Origin: a virus
Taxonomy: Duplodnaviria; Caudoviricetes
Virus record (IMG/VR): IMGVR_UViG_3300025401_000012
Length of the DNA: 64,000 bases
Direction: 5' to 3' (one strand)
Both the position numbers and the translations under genes were made by a program. Positions within the stretch are counted from its first letter, which is position 1. The number at the start of each line of letters is the position of its first letter. Under the pieces are notes generated by a model that did not search any database, was not told the origin of the DNA, and saw nothing but the letters and a program-made list of their open reading frames with translations. Below are positions 18,348 to 27,400 of the stretch, one piece after another.

Positions 18348-18356
18348 TAGTCCTGT
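18330..18356 (-). terminator. Intrinsic terminator after the GroES-like gene
   Basis: ACAGGACTA-ttgac-TAGTCCTGT followed by a T tract on the minus strand. Confidence 0.7.
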
Positions 18357-18377
18357 AATTGTTTGGTAAAATTAATT

Positions 18378-18815
18378 TTAAAATTGCGGCCCGGCAAATT
18401 GCGCAGGATCCCATTCTTGATGCTGTATTTTTGAATGTCCGCCATAGGTATTCATATATTTTTCATCTGGTTTGTCATCGCTAACCATCAAAATTGCTTT
18501 AATATCTGCTCGACGGATCGTAATTTCATTGCCATCATCTTCTACCACCGTGACACCACGAGTCCATCGGCCGTGCTCTAACAGAATCCATTCACCGACT
18601 TTAACATCTTTTTGTTTTGGACCAACAGCCCAAACTCGTGCCCACCGATGGCGAACTCCTTCGCTTTTACCATCATCACTTGGTAGTACAAACATACCAA
18701 GTTTTCGTTCGCCAAATTCCATATCAGTAACAAGAACGTTGTCGCGTATAGGGATAAGTTTTCCGTATACTTTAGGTTTAATACCCTCGTGTCCTATACC
18801 TTTTGATTCTGCCAT
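18378..18815 (-). CDS. groES: GroES-like co-chaperonin
   Basis: LIPIRDNVLV, mobile-loop GMFVLP, VWAVGP...VKVGEWIL. Confidence 0.8.
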   Translation of the reverse strand: MAESKGIGHEGIKPKVYGKLIPIRDNVLVTDMEFGERKLGMFVLPSDDGKSEGVRHRWARVWAVGPKQKDVKVGEWILLEHGRWTRGVTVVEDDGNEITIRRADIKAILMVSDDKPDEKYMNTYGGHSKIQHQEWDPAQFAGPQF

Positions 18816-19093
18816 TACTCGTTTCCTTCCGGATCCATTGATGCAATATCTTTTTTAACAGACACCGATACGGGTGCAGGCTGTGCAGCAGGAACATTAT
18901 TTTGATTAGGAATCGGACTAATATTTTGTGAAACGATTTCCTCTCTACGTTGAATAATTTTACCACCTGGCCCTAGTTTATCACCACGAGCATTAACTTT
19001 AGCGTTACCTACAGCTGGGGTTAATTCATTTTGATTAACCATTTTGCCCATGTCAATTACTTTGCCACGAGCTGTTTTGTAAGTTTGTCCCAT
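18815..19093 (-). CDS. Hypothetical protein
   Basis: 92 aa, AAGGAG RBS, TAATG-coupled to the GroES-like gene. Confidence 0.75.
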   Translation of the reverse strand: MGQTYKTARGKVIDMGKMVNQNELTPAVGNAKVNARGDKLGPGGKIIQRREEIVSQNISPIPNQNNVPAAQPAPVSVSVKKDIASMDPEGNE

Positions 19094-19120
19094 TTAATTC
19101 TCCTTGAATTATACTACTAC

Positions 19121-19630
19121 TTATCTCAAAAATTCCTGCCAGTCTAAATTATATTTGACCGAATCTATTTGATGTACGCCTAACAAATATAGTACAAAGC
19201 TAGCTACGCTCGATCCACGACCGACTCCCCAAACAATACCATTTTCATTGCAAGTATCTACAAAATGTTTAGTCCATTGCAATAATGGAATCATTCCGCG
19301 ATCTTTATAAGCAGCCATTTCAGCTGTTACTCTGGCAATTTGTTCTTTGGTTGTACATTTTTTAATACACCAATCTTCTACATCAAAATCTCTGTATTCG
19401 TTAGGCATAAACCAATCGCTTTGCAATGCACTATCGAAATCTGTGATGTCAATTGATTCTAATTGTTCGTTGAATCTTCGAAATGTAAAACCCGCAACTT
19501 GCTCCAACTCATTAATCTCTTCGGTATAATCTACCGTAAGATCCTTGAGGTTGGTTAGCTTTCCTTGATACAGGAATTTAAATATATCTTGTGTATTAAA
19601 AATAGGATTACCGAATTTATCTAGGCGCAT
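19121..19630 (-). CDS. dnaE: Stand-alone fragment of DNA polymerase III alpha (split DnaE-like, GRGS region)
   Basis: WGVGRGSSVASFVLYLLGVHQIDSVKYNLDWQEFLR matches DnaE GPGRGSAAGSLVAY.LGIT.IDP....L.FERFL; only 169 aa. Confidence 0.75.
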   Translation of the reverse strand: MRLDKFGNPIFNTQDIFKFLYQGKLTNLKDLTVDYTEEINELEQVAGFTFRRFNEQLESIDITDFDSALQSDWFMPNEYRDFDVEDWCIKKCTTKEQIARVTAEMAAYKDRGMIPLLQWTKHFVDTCNENGIVWGVGRGSSVASFVLYLLGVHQIDSVKYNLDWQEFLR

Positions 19631-19640
19631 AGCCTATATT

Positions 19641-19871
19641 TTAATTGACTTTAATTAATTTGTCAATGTTTTTCTCACTCGATTTCATTAATTTTTCCAA
19701 TGCCAATCTGCGACGGGTACTAAGTTCTTCTTTGTACGACTCTAACAACATGCCAATTTGAGTTTTGACATCGGTATTATAAGTCATAAAATATTTGTTA
19801 GTGAGATCTGCAACCTTAGCTTCGATTTCACTATCTTTAAGTTCTGCAAAACTGCCGGCTAATGGATGCAT
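19641..19871 (-). CDS. Small hypothetical helical protein
   Basis: 76-aa ORF, TAATG-coupled to the upstream gene. Confidence 0.7.
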   Translation of the reverse strand: MHPLAGSFAELKDSEIEAKVADLTNKYFMTYNTDVKTQIGMLLESYKEELSTRRRLALEKLMKSSEKNIDKLIKVN

Positions 19872-20488
19872 TATATACTACTCGAATAAGTTCCAGATAC
19901 TTTTAAATATACGTGGCTACCTGCATCATAACTAAATGCATCAATTACATACATATTATTAGTACCTGGATAAGGATACACAATTTGTACATTTGAACCA
20001 ACACCACCCGATTGGGTAAACACACTGCCGGACCATGAACTATCTACTACTAGTTTTCCTGAATTAGTAGTACTAAGTGTAGTTGTTGTTGTCGCAGCTT
20101 GTGTAAATTTAAGAATAAGTTTTATAGTACCAAACCCAGTTGTTGGCCAATTTGCAAAAGTTAGCGTAAGTCCAGATGTATTGATAGTTCCGTATTGAAC
20201 TGACCCGTTATTTAAATCGATAGTAGTTGAAGTGCCGATAGTTCCTAAATTATCTGCTTGAGGATAAAATTGACTGTAGGAACCGTTAGTTAATGTTGAT
20301 CCTTGTAAAGAATTTGTAGCAGATGTAACATTGATACCATTTGCCTGCAAAGCTGAAATTTCAGTAGCCGCTTCGGCTAATCCAGTTTTAATAGCTGTGA
20401 AATTGTCACGAAATCCTTGACTATTATTATCCTGTCCTGCTACTGGGTAAGCAGTATTAATTGTTGATGTAATTATTGCGCTGGTCAT
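19871..20488 (-). CDS. Putative virion structural protein
   Basis: 205 aa, Thr/Ser/Gly-rich beta-type; YPVAGQDNNSQGFRDNF N-terminus; downstream of a late motif. Confidence 0.65.
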   Translation of the reverse strand: MTSAIITSTINTAYPVAGQDNNSQGFRDNFTAIKTGLAEAATEISALQANGINVTSATNSLQGSTLTNGSYSQFYPQADNLGTIGTSTTIDLNNGSVQYGTINTSGLTLTFANWPTTGFGTIKLILKFTQAATTTTTLSTTNSGKLVVDSSWSGSVFTQSGGVGSNVQIVYPYPGTNNMYVIDAFSYDAGSHVYLKVSGTYSSSI

Positions 20489-23070
20489 ACGGTTATCCTA
20501 TTGTCTTTGAATATTAGATATTTATCGTTGCTGTACCCTGACAGAGAAGTCAATGTGAATCTGTCTACAGTATAGTCTAATTGGCTAAAATTAAACCCAT
20601 TAAATTTGATATTTGTTATAATTTTGTCTGCTGTTCCTGGTTTACAAAAACACAATGGAATAGCTAGTACATACCCTAATTGGGCTTTTTGTCCGGATTG
20701 TATACTTCTCATCCATAGAGGCAAATAATTACGCTCTGTTGCTCCGGCATTGCTTAGTCTCTTTTGCCAATTAGAAATACTACTAGGAAAATATGTATCT
20801 GTATTTGGATTACTAGCTTCGTACCCTGTACTATCTACAGTAATATTGTAATCATTTCTTCTACTATCGGGCGCATCTAAAGTAAGTGTAGTTAAATCGT
20901 TTTTGTAAAAATTTAAACTATTATCTACAGTAATTGTTTCAGGAGCATTACTACTAGTTTTAATAGATAAGGGTAAATGTTTTCCATTTGGCTCCATAGG
21001 ATCTAGCATTTGTATGTAAACTACTTCGTAGACTGGAACATTAGATATAGGATCAAATGCCACAGCTTTCTCGATGCTTCCAAATTGAAAACGTTTCTTT
21101 TTATTGTTTAACGTCATAGCACTAACATATGCAGAAGCATATAAATTTTGTATTCCTGCGTATATTAATATAGATAAATTAGTTTGTACTCCAAAATTTG
21201 GATCTTCTGGTCTATAAATGCTGGATGGCGTGAATACTGTACTGTTGTTTATAAAACTGCTAAACAATGCTCTTTGGGCAGGGATCAAAAATGGTCTTGC
21301 TGTAATATTATTGTAAATTGTAGTATTCGGAGTAGTGATAGTTAGAGTAAATGTTTTATCAATTGCACTATAGGCATATTGATCGGCTGCTTCAACAGTA
21401 AATGTATATGTTCTATCGTAAGTTGTCTTACCAGCATCGAATGTAGTTTGTGATCTGTCAATGGTTAACAACCCTGGCAAATTATTTACTAGATCATCAA
21501 ACTGATTTGGAATTCCTAAAATCTCGCCATCGCCGTTCAATTTAAGTCCTGGTGGTAAAGATCCTGCCGTTAAATTATACGTAACAATGGCATCTGGTAC
21601 ACTAGTAGTAGCCAATAGATTCAATGTACATATATAATCGGCTGGTATAGATCCTAAATTACTAGGAGAGCTCCAGGTTATAACACTGTTAATACTTCCT
21701 AATATTGTAATATTAAATACTCTACTAGCAGATATAACTTCACTATTATTATCGCCAGGTCTACTGGCTGTAATAGTAAATTTATAATTTTTAGTAACAC
21801 TTGGTTGATAAGGTACTAGTCCGTAGAGATCACCTGATACAGGATCAAAATTTAAACCTAATGGTAGTTTACTTAAACTTCCTATATAAAAATAAGTATT
21901 ATTAGGAATAGAAATTAATAATGCACTTGACAGTGCTAATCTATAACGAGTAGGAGTTAATTGTGTTACTCCTGTTATTGTATAGATAGTATTATCAGCA
22001 GAATTTATATAATTATCTAATGTAAAAAATTGTCCTATTACTGGAATACTTGATAAATCTTGAACAGTAACAGACGTACTACCTAAAATATTATCAGTTA
22101 TTAACATTTGATATGCAACAGCATATACTTCTTCATTTGTGGTCTCTAATCTGAATTCTACGTTTCTATTGTCATATAATGCAACAGGAATTGTTATATA
22201 GTTATTTGATCTAAATATTCCTAAATTACTATCAGTTAACCACACTGGACGTCTCAAATATGTTGAATCGGCTGTGAATTCGTCAGCTTGACCGTCTAGT
22301 GTAATACTATCTGCTCTAAATTCATCAGTTCCGGTAACAAATATTTTAAAAATTCTTTGACTATAATTAGTACCATCAGTTACTGTGACTTTAAATTGAT
22401 AATTTAAACTTAATGTTTGTGTGACTACTGAAGGTGTAAAATAATCAAAAATTACATCGTCGTATTGGTAGCTGTCAAAACCATTAGTCGATCTTAAACC
22501 AAAATCAAATACTCCCTTGTCATAACCCTGTTCGTCGAAATTTCCAACACCGTCATTGACGGTAATCTGAGGAGAAGGTTCGATGTAACCACTAATGAGA
22601 CCTGAAGAATTTAAAGATAATCCTGGCGGAAGAATGCCGTCACCGTCGGCAATATAAAATGTTAGAGTTGCACCTGAAGCAACATTTAAATCGGAAACTT
22701 CTATTTGATAATTGATATAAGTTTGATCTGGTGTATAAAATTGTTTACTTGGCCCTAAGGGCAATGATCCTGCAGGAGTTATAAATGTCGGAGGATTATA
22801 ACCGTAAACACTGATTGTAAATGTTCTATCGGATATACTAATACCATCGGATGCTCTTATACAGAATGTATAAGTTGTTTGATTAGCTACTGCTAGTGGT
22901 GCACCTGTAAGATTACTGCCTATTAAAAATATGCCATCGGGCAAATTTCCTGATATAATTGTAAAAGTAATACCTCTGCTGTTTGATACTGGTAATGCCA
23001 ACGTAACAGATTGCTGTTCTTGCAGAGTTCCAAATGAATACCCGCTAGGTTGTGTCCAAACATTTAACAT
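20485..23070 (-). CDS. Putative baseplate wedge protein with Ig-like (G.LPPGL.L) repeats
   Basis: 861 aa; repeats ISGNLPDGI, DGILPPGLSL, SKLPLGLNF, AGSLPPGLKL; lies next to gp9/gp10-like genes. Confidence 0.6.
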   Translation of the reverse strand: MLNVWTQPSGYSFGTLQEQQSVTLALPVSNSRGITFTIISGNLPDGIFLIGSNLTGAPLAVANQTTYTFCIRASDGISISDRTFTISVYGYNPPTFITPAGSLPLGPSKQFYTPDQTYINYQIEVSDLNVASGATLTFYIADGDGILPPGLSLNSSGLISGYIEPSPQITVNDGVGNFDEQGYDKGVFDFGLRSTNGFDSYQYDDVIFDYFTPSVVTQTLSLNYQFKVTVTDGTNYSQRIFKIFVTGTDEFRADSITLDGQADEFTADSTYLRRPVWLTDSNLGIFRSNNYITIPVALYDNRNVEFRLETTNEEVYAVAYQMLITDNILGSTSVTVQDLSSIPVIGQFFTLDNYINSADNTIYTITGVTQLTPTRYRLALSSALLISIPNNTYFYIGSLSKLPLGLNFDPVSGDLYGLVPYQPSVTKNYKFTITASRPGDNNSEVISASRVFNITILGSINSVITWSSPSNLGSIPADYICTLNLLATTSVPDAIVTYNLTAGSLPPGLKLNGDGEILGIPNQFDDLVNNLPGLLTIDRSQTTFDAGKTTYDRTYTFTVEAADQYAYSAIDKTFTLTITTPNTTIYNNITARPFLIPAQRALFSSFINNSTVFTPSSIYRPEDPNFGVQTNLSILIYAGIQNLYASAYVSAMTLNNKKKRFQFGSIEKAVAFDPISNVPVYEVVYIQMLDPMEPNGKHLPLSIKTSSNAPETITVDNSLNFYKNDLTTLTLDAPDSRRNDYNITVDSTGYEASNPNTDTYFPSSISNWQKRLSNAGATERNYLPLWMRSIQSGQKAQLGYVLAIPLCFCKPGTADKIITNIKFNGFNFSQLDYTVDRFTLTSLSGYSNDKYLIFKDNRITV
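20519..20524 (-). promoter_or_regulatory. T4-like late promoter core (TAAATA)
   Basis: GATAAATA 30 nt upstream of ATG 20488, inside the end of the upstream gene. Confidence 0.5.
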
Positions 23071-23071
23071 T

Positions 23072-24154
23072 TTAATAACCGCCGGTTAATGGTGATCTTT
23101 TCCAAGTATTAGGTGCTGTACAAACATAAATGTAGTTGGTATCCCATGAAATTTGTCCAATAGTACCTGTTGAATTTGAACTTTTTGTGCCGGATGTACT
23201 AGGCCATGCGGTATTTTGTATTGTGCCATCTTGAAAAGTTACATTACCATTAGTTGCATTGATTTCAAATACTGAACCATTGATGGCAAAATTTCCAGAA
23301 GCATATAAATATCCGCTTAGTGATAAATTAGTTGCGGTAGTAGTTCCTGTCAATATAGGATTTGCATTAAAAACAGCATATCCAGTTCCAGTAGCATCGG
23401 GTATTATAGACAGCAACTGACTACTACTTGTATTTGCAAATTGGTTTAATGTACTGGCAGTAGTTGTTAAAATACCGCTAGTAGGCAGTGTTACATTGGT
23501 AACACCAGTAGATGTTAATGTGATATTATTAGTACCTGCGGTAGTAAGGCTAACACCTAAAGTTAAAAAATGACCTCCTACAGATAGTGAAGTTTGCCCA
23601 AACTCGCCAAAATCATAATCATTGTTTGGAGGATTAGTAATACCACTTAATACTCCAGTTCCATTAAAATCTACAGTATAACCTCTGCTATTTCTTTGCC
23701 AGCCAGTTGGGTAAGTAACAGAACCAAAATCTGCAATAAGATTGGTAGTAGGAACCATTGCAGAAAATAAACCTGCAGCTATATTTGGATCTTGACCATA
23801 TATGGTATTTTGTATATCACCACCGAACGTATGATGACCATTTAAATTTAAATTATTGTTTAGTGTAGGAGTTGAATCGTTAATTAGTATAGTCTTTGCT
23901 TCTAAATTAACTGTGCTTGCATCAGTTGATATTGTTACTGTATTTCCTGTACTAGTTAATGTTTTAAATTCTAAATTAATACCGTTTTTATCGGCAAATA
24001 CTCCAGTTCCAGAACCTAAGTTAACAGCAGTACTAATTGCTGCCTCAGCATTAAGAACAGCAAAGTTACTGTTTACCTTAGTAAATGCGGTGCGTAAATC
24101 GTCACCTGTGCCGTCATTAGCATAGCTACCTAAATTGATTGTTTGTATTGTCAT
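23072..24154 (-). CDS. Baseplate/fibre protein with T4 gp9/gp10-like N-terminus
   Basis: INLGSYANDGTGDDLRTAFTKVNSNF; C-terminal GQISWDTNYIYVCTAPNTWKR module. Confidence 0.7.
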   Translation of the reverse strand: MTIQTINLGSYANDGTGDDLRTAFTKVNSNFAVLNAEAAISTAVNLGSGTGVFADKNGINLEFKTLTSTGNTVTISTDASTVNLEAKTILINDSTPTLNNNLNLNGHHTFGGDIQNTIYGQDPNIAAGLFSAMVPTTNLIADFGSVTYPTGWQRNSRGYTVDFNGTGVLSGITNPPNNDYDFGEFGQTSLSVGGHFLTLGVSLTTAGTNNITLTSTGVTNVTLPTSGILTTTASTLNQFANTSSSQLLSIIPDATGTGYAVFNANPILTGTTTATNLSLSGYLYASGNFAINGSVFEINATNGNVTFQDGTIQNTAWPSTSGTKSSNSTGTIGQISWDTNYIYVCTAPNTWKRSPLTGGY

Positions 24155-24170
24155 TTGCAGTCTCTTTTAG

Positions 24171-24176
24171 TATTTA
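24171..24176 (-). promoter_or_regulatory. T4-like late promoter core (TAAATA)
   Basis: GTAAATA overlaps the stop of 24174..24431, 16 nt upstream of ATG 24154. Confidence 0.6.
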
Positions 24177-24431
24177 CCATGTTCCAGCATCATACGTGTG
24201 CCTCTTCCAAATATTAGTAGTACCGTCATACGATGCTGTGCAGTAGTAAAAATATACAGAATCAAACGCAACCATTCCTGCTATATCGCCTGTTTTACCA
24301 GTACTGTGAGTAGGCACAATTTGCGGGTATAAATCAGCAAAATTTGCATTTACCTTACCAAATGCTACACGAATAGTATCTGCACCTGTAGCATTTGGTG
24401 TTGCGCCGATGTTTATATTTTGTTGAGTCAT
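24174..24431 (-). CDS. Minimal baseplate/fibre protein (gp10-like N-module plus YxC...WKR C-module)
   Basis: 85 aa: NINIGATPNATGADTIRVAFGKVNANF followed directly by GMVAFDSVYFYYCT...IWKR. Confidence 0.7.
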   Translation of the reverse strand: MTQQNINIGATPNATGADTIRVAFGKVNANFADLYPQIVPTHSTGKTGDIAGMVAFDSVYFYYCTASYDGTTNIWKRHTYDAGTW

Positions 24432-27400
24432 TATGCTCTCCCTACAGCAACTTCAATGACTCCAGCTTCGCCGTAGTCCTTATCTTCTAATGCTTTGCCA
24501 ACAATAGCACCTAAAGTAGGAGTTGCAGCACGTACGGCATATCCAGGAGTAGCACTTGTAGTTAAGATATCTCCTTTCTTCACCCGTCCTACAACTTTAC
24601 ATGGTACACGACCTGCAAGTGCAAGACACGCCCTAGTTCCTTTTAGTTGACTATTCATAGTATATGCCGGATCTGTTGTTACAATACCAGCACAACGTGT
24701 GTCATTAATTGTTGTAGTAGTTGTAGTTTCTGCATCACCTCCAAATACTAATACTGTACCAGGTTCGTATTCTGCATCAGCTGTATACCATTCAGCTAAG
24801 TCGCTATACGTAGCTTGAAGTTGTGTTCCAGTTCCGCTTAATGTCCAAGTACCTGTAATAGTACCTGCATTAGTTCCACTACCTGTTGTTAATGTACTAC
24901 TTAATAATGTTCCACCATATGTATACAAATCGATATAACTACCGCTTTGAACTTGCCAATTACCTTGTATGCTGCCTTTAACAGTATTATCTGTACTATT
25001 AGTAAACAAGTTTTTAGCAAGTAATGTACCATTAGTATGATCGACAGCACCGTACATTGTTGTAACTGTATTACTAGTAGTTGTACCCGTACTAGTCATA
25101 AAGTATGTTGTACCAGTACTTGCGCCGGGTGTACTAAAATTTAATGTAGTTCCACTTACAGTTAATGCTGTGTAAGTAGAAACTTTTAAACTGCCAACAT
25201 CAACACTCTTATCAGCTCCAGATTTTACAATACTGCTTACGGCATTACTTACGCTAACTGGTGTTACACTATAAGTATTACCAGCTGTGCTAACACCATT
25301 GTAAGTTATAGTCATTATACCGCTTGAATTAAACGAAGTGTTTACAATACCGCCAGCATCACTAACTACTTGTGCAGGAGTAACAGTTGTTGGACTTGTT
25401 GCACTACCACTTCTGTTACCCAACAATGTTCCAGTAGCAATTTGTGTAATAGCTGTTAATGGTACACCTGTAGTTGAACTAGAACTAGTTAACAAATCGA
25501 CAAAACCAGTAGCGCTTACATTAAACACATTATTGTTGTAAACACTTAATCCTAAATCTGCCTGCACAATAGCGCCTGCTGTTCCACTTCCACTAGTTCC
25601 TGTTGCTAGTCCTTTGGCAACATTTAATGACAATTTGCTTTGAGCAATAGCGGCCGATGAGCTAATCATTGAATTAGTAATAGTACTACTATTGATTGTA
25701 GCAACAATATTAGTTCCCACATAAGTTATAGTAATATTACTTGCGCCGCCAGTACTAGCATTAACCCATGTTGTACCATTGTACGCTAACAAATTATTTT
25801 GAATCGGTGATGCAATTAACACATCACTTAGTTTACTTAAAGCATTGAATAATGTAACTTTGCCATCAACATAAACTTTATTAGCTGCATCGGTAGTATA
25901 CACTGGTGTAGCAAGATTACTAACTGTAAAGCCTGCAGCATTAATATTACCTTTCATACTTAGACTTCCGTCTAATGCCAAGAATCCAGGACCAATTAAG
26001 TTGACCAGAGGAGTTAAACTTCCATTGTGTGTCAATCCTAAACGACTATCGATATAACTTCGAATTGCACTTTGTACTGGAATAACATCACTTGCATTTT
26101 CAGCCATAGTTCCATCTGTACTAAATGAACTAACAACTACACCTTTCTTAAATCCTAGACCGTCTAAGTTACTTAAGGCAATTGATGCTGAGAATGTAAC
26201 AGTACCGGTACCTTGGTCAACTGTAAAGAATCGACCCACACGGAAAATACCGTTTTCGTCTGTTGTTACATAAAACACACGACCAGTAGTTTCTTCTAAA
26301 ATTTGCTGACTTGAAATTTCAGCAATAGCAGGATTACCGTAAATTTGTGTTGGGTAGTTACTGGTATTGTAACCGCCAGTACCAATATTCAAAAAGTCGT
26401 GACCTGTAGCACGAGTAGTTGAAATCTTAACAGTAATTTGTCCTGAACTAGCTGCAGGATAACCTAAACGTAATGTTGAACTTGTTGTAAGACTAAATGG
26501 TTTACTTAATCCTAATGCTGTAGAACTTGCACTAGTTACCTCAGGTGTTATTGTAGTAGTTGTAGTGTAAGTAGTTCCATATATACCAGGATCATATGGA
26601 TAGGTTAATGTAATACTAGTAGTACTACTTGAGCTACATTGAAAATAACCATTGTACAAACTGTTGCTGTTACCTGCTACATAGAACCAAGCATTAGTTG
26701 TTGGTGCTGTAGTTGTTAAGAAACTTAATACAATACTATAATTGTTATTACCAGAATTATATGTCTTACTAACAAAACCAGTACTAGTTATAGAACTGCC
26801 ATAAGTATATCCTGGACAGTAGAATGTCATTAAACCAGTTCCAACAGTACCAGTTGTAAATGAATTTCCACCAGGTGTAGCACTTACTGTAATTTGTTTT
26901 GTACTAGAATTTACATTAGTAATATAATATGTAGTACCAGTTACTAGATTACCTAATGCTGTTCCACCACTAGGTGTTGTAAATGTAATTTGATTACCAA
27001 TGCTAATATTATTGACAGTACTTAATGTAATTAAATTGTCGGTACCTGTAATTGTTGTTGAACTTACAGTATAGTTTGTACCAATATTAGTTGCAGTTTG
27101 CCATGTACTTCCACTTCCACTAGTAATGTAAGTGTAAATATTGCTATTTACGGTACCGGGTGTACTTAATGCCCCTGTTGTACTATTGGTATAACTTACT
27201 ATAGTTGTTGTACCTGATACACTTGCACTTGCTGCCGATTGGCTGGTATTAACAGTATAACTTGTACCTGTTGTAGGAGTTCCAGTTGCACTTTGATTTA
27301 ATGTGTATGTGCCGGTTCCACCTGTCCCGCCCAAGAACGCACTGATATAAGTTCCAGCTGTCACTGTACCACCACTTAATACCATACCAACGCTAATTGT

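Noticed and set aside
19108-19136. TATAAT upstream of 18815..19093 as a sixth sigma70 promoter
   Set aside because: There is no -35 match at 16-18 bp. A nearby GATAAGTA could be a late-motif variant, but the evidence is too weak to call.
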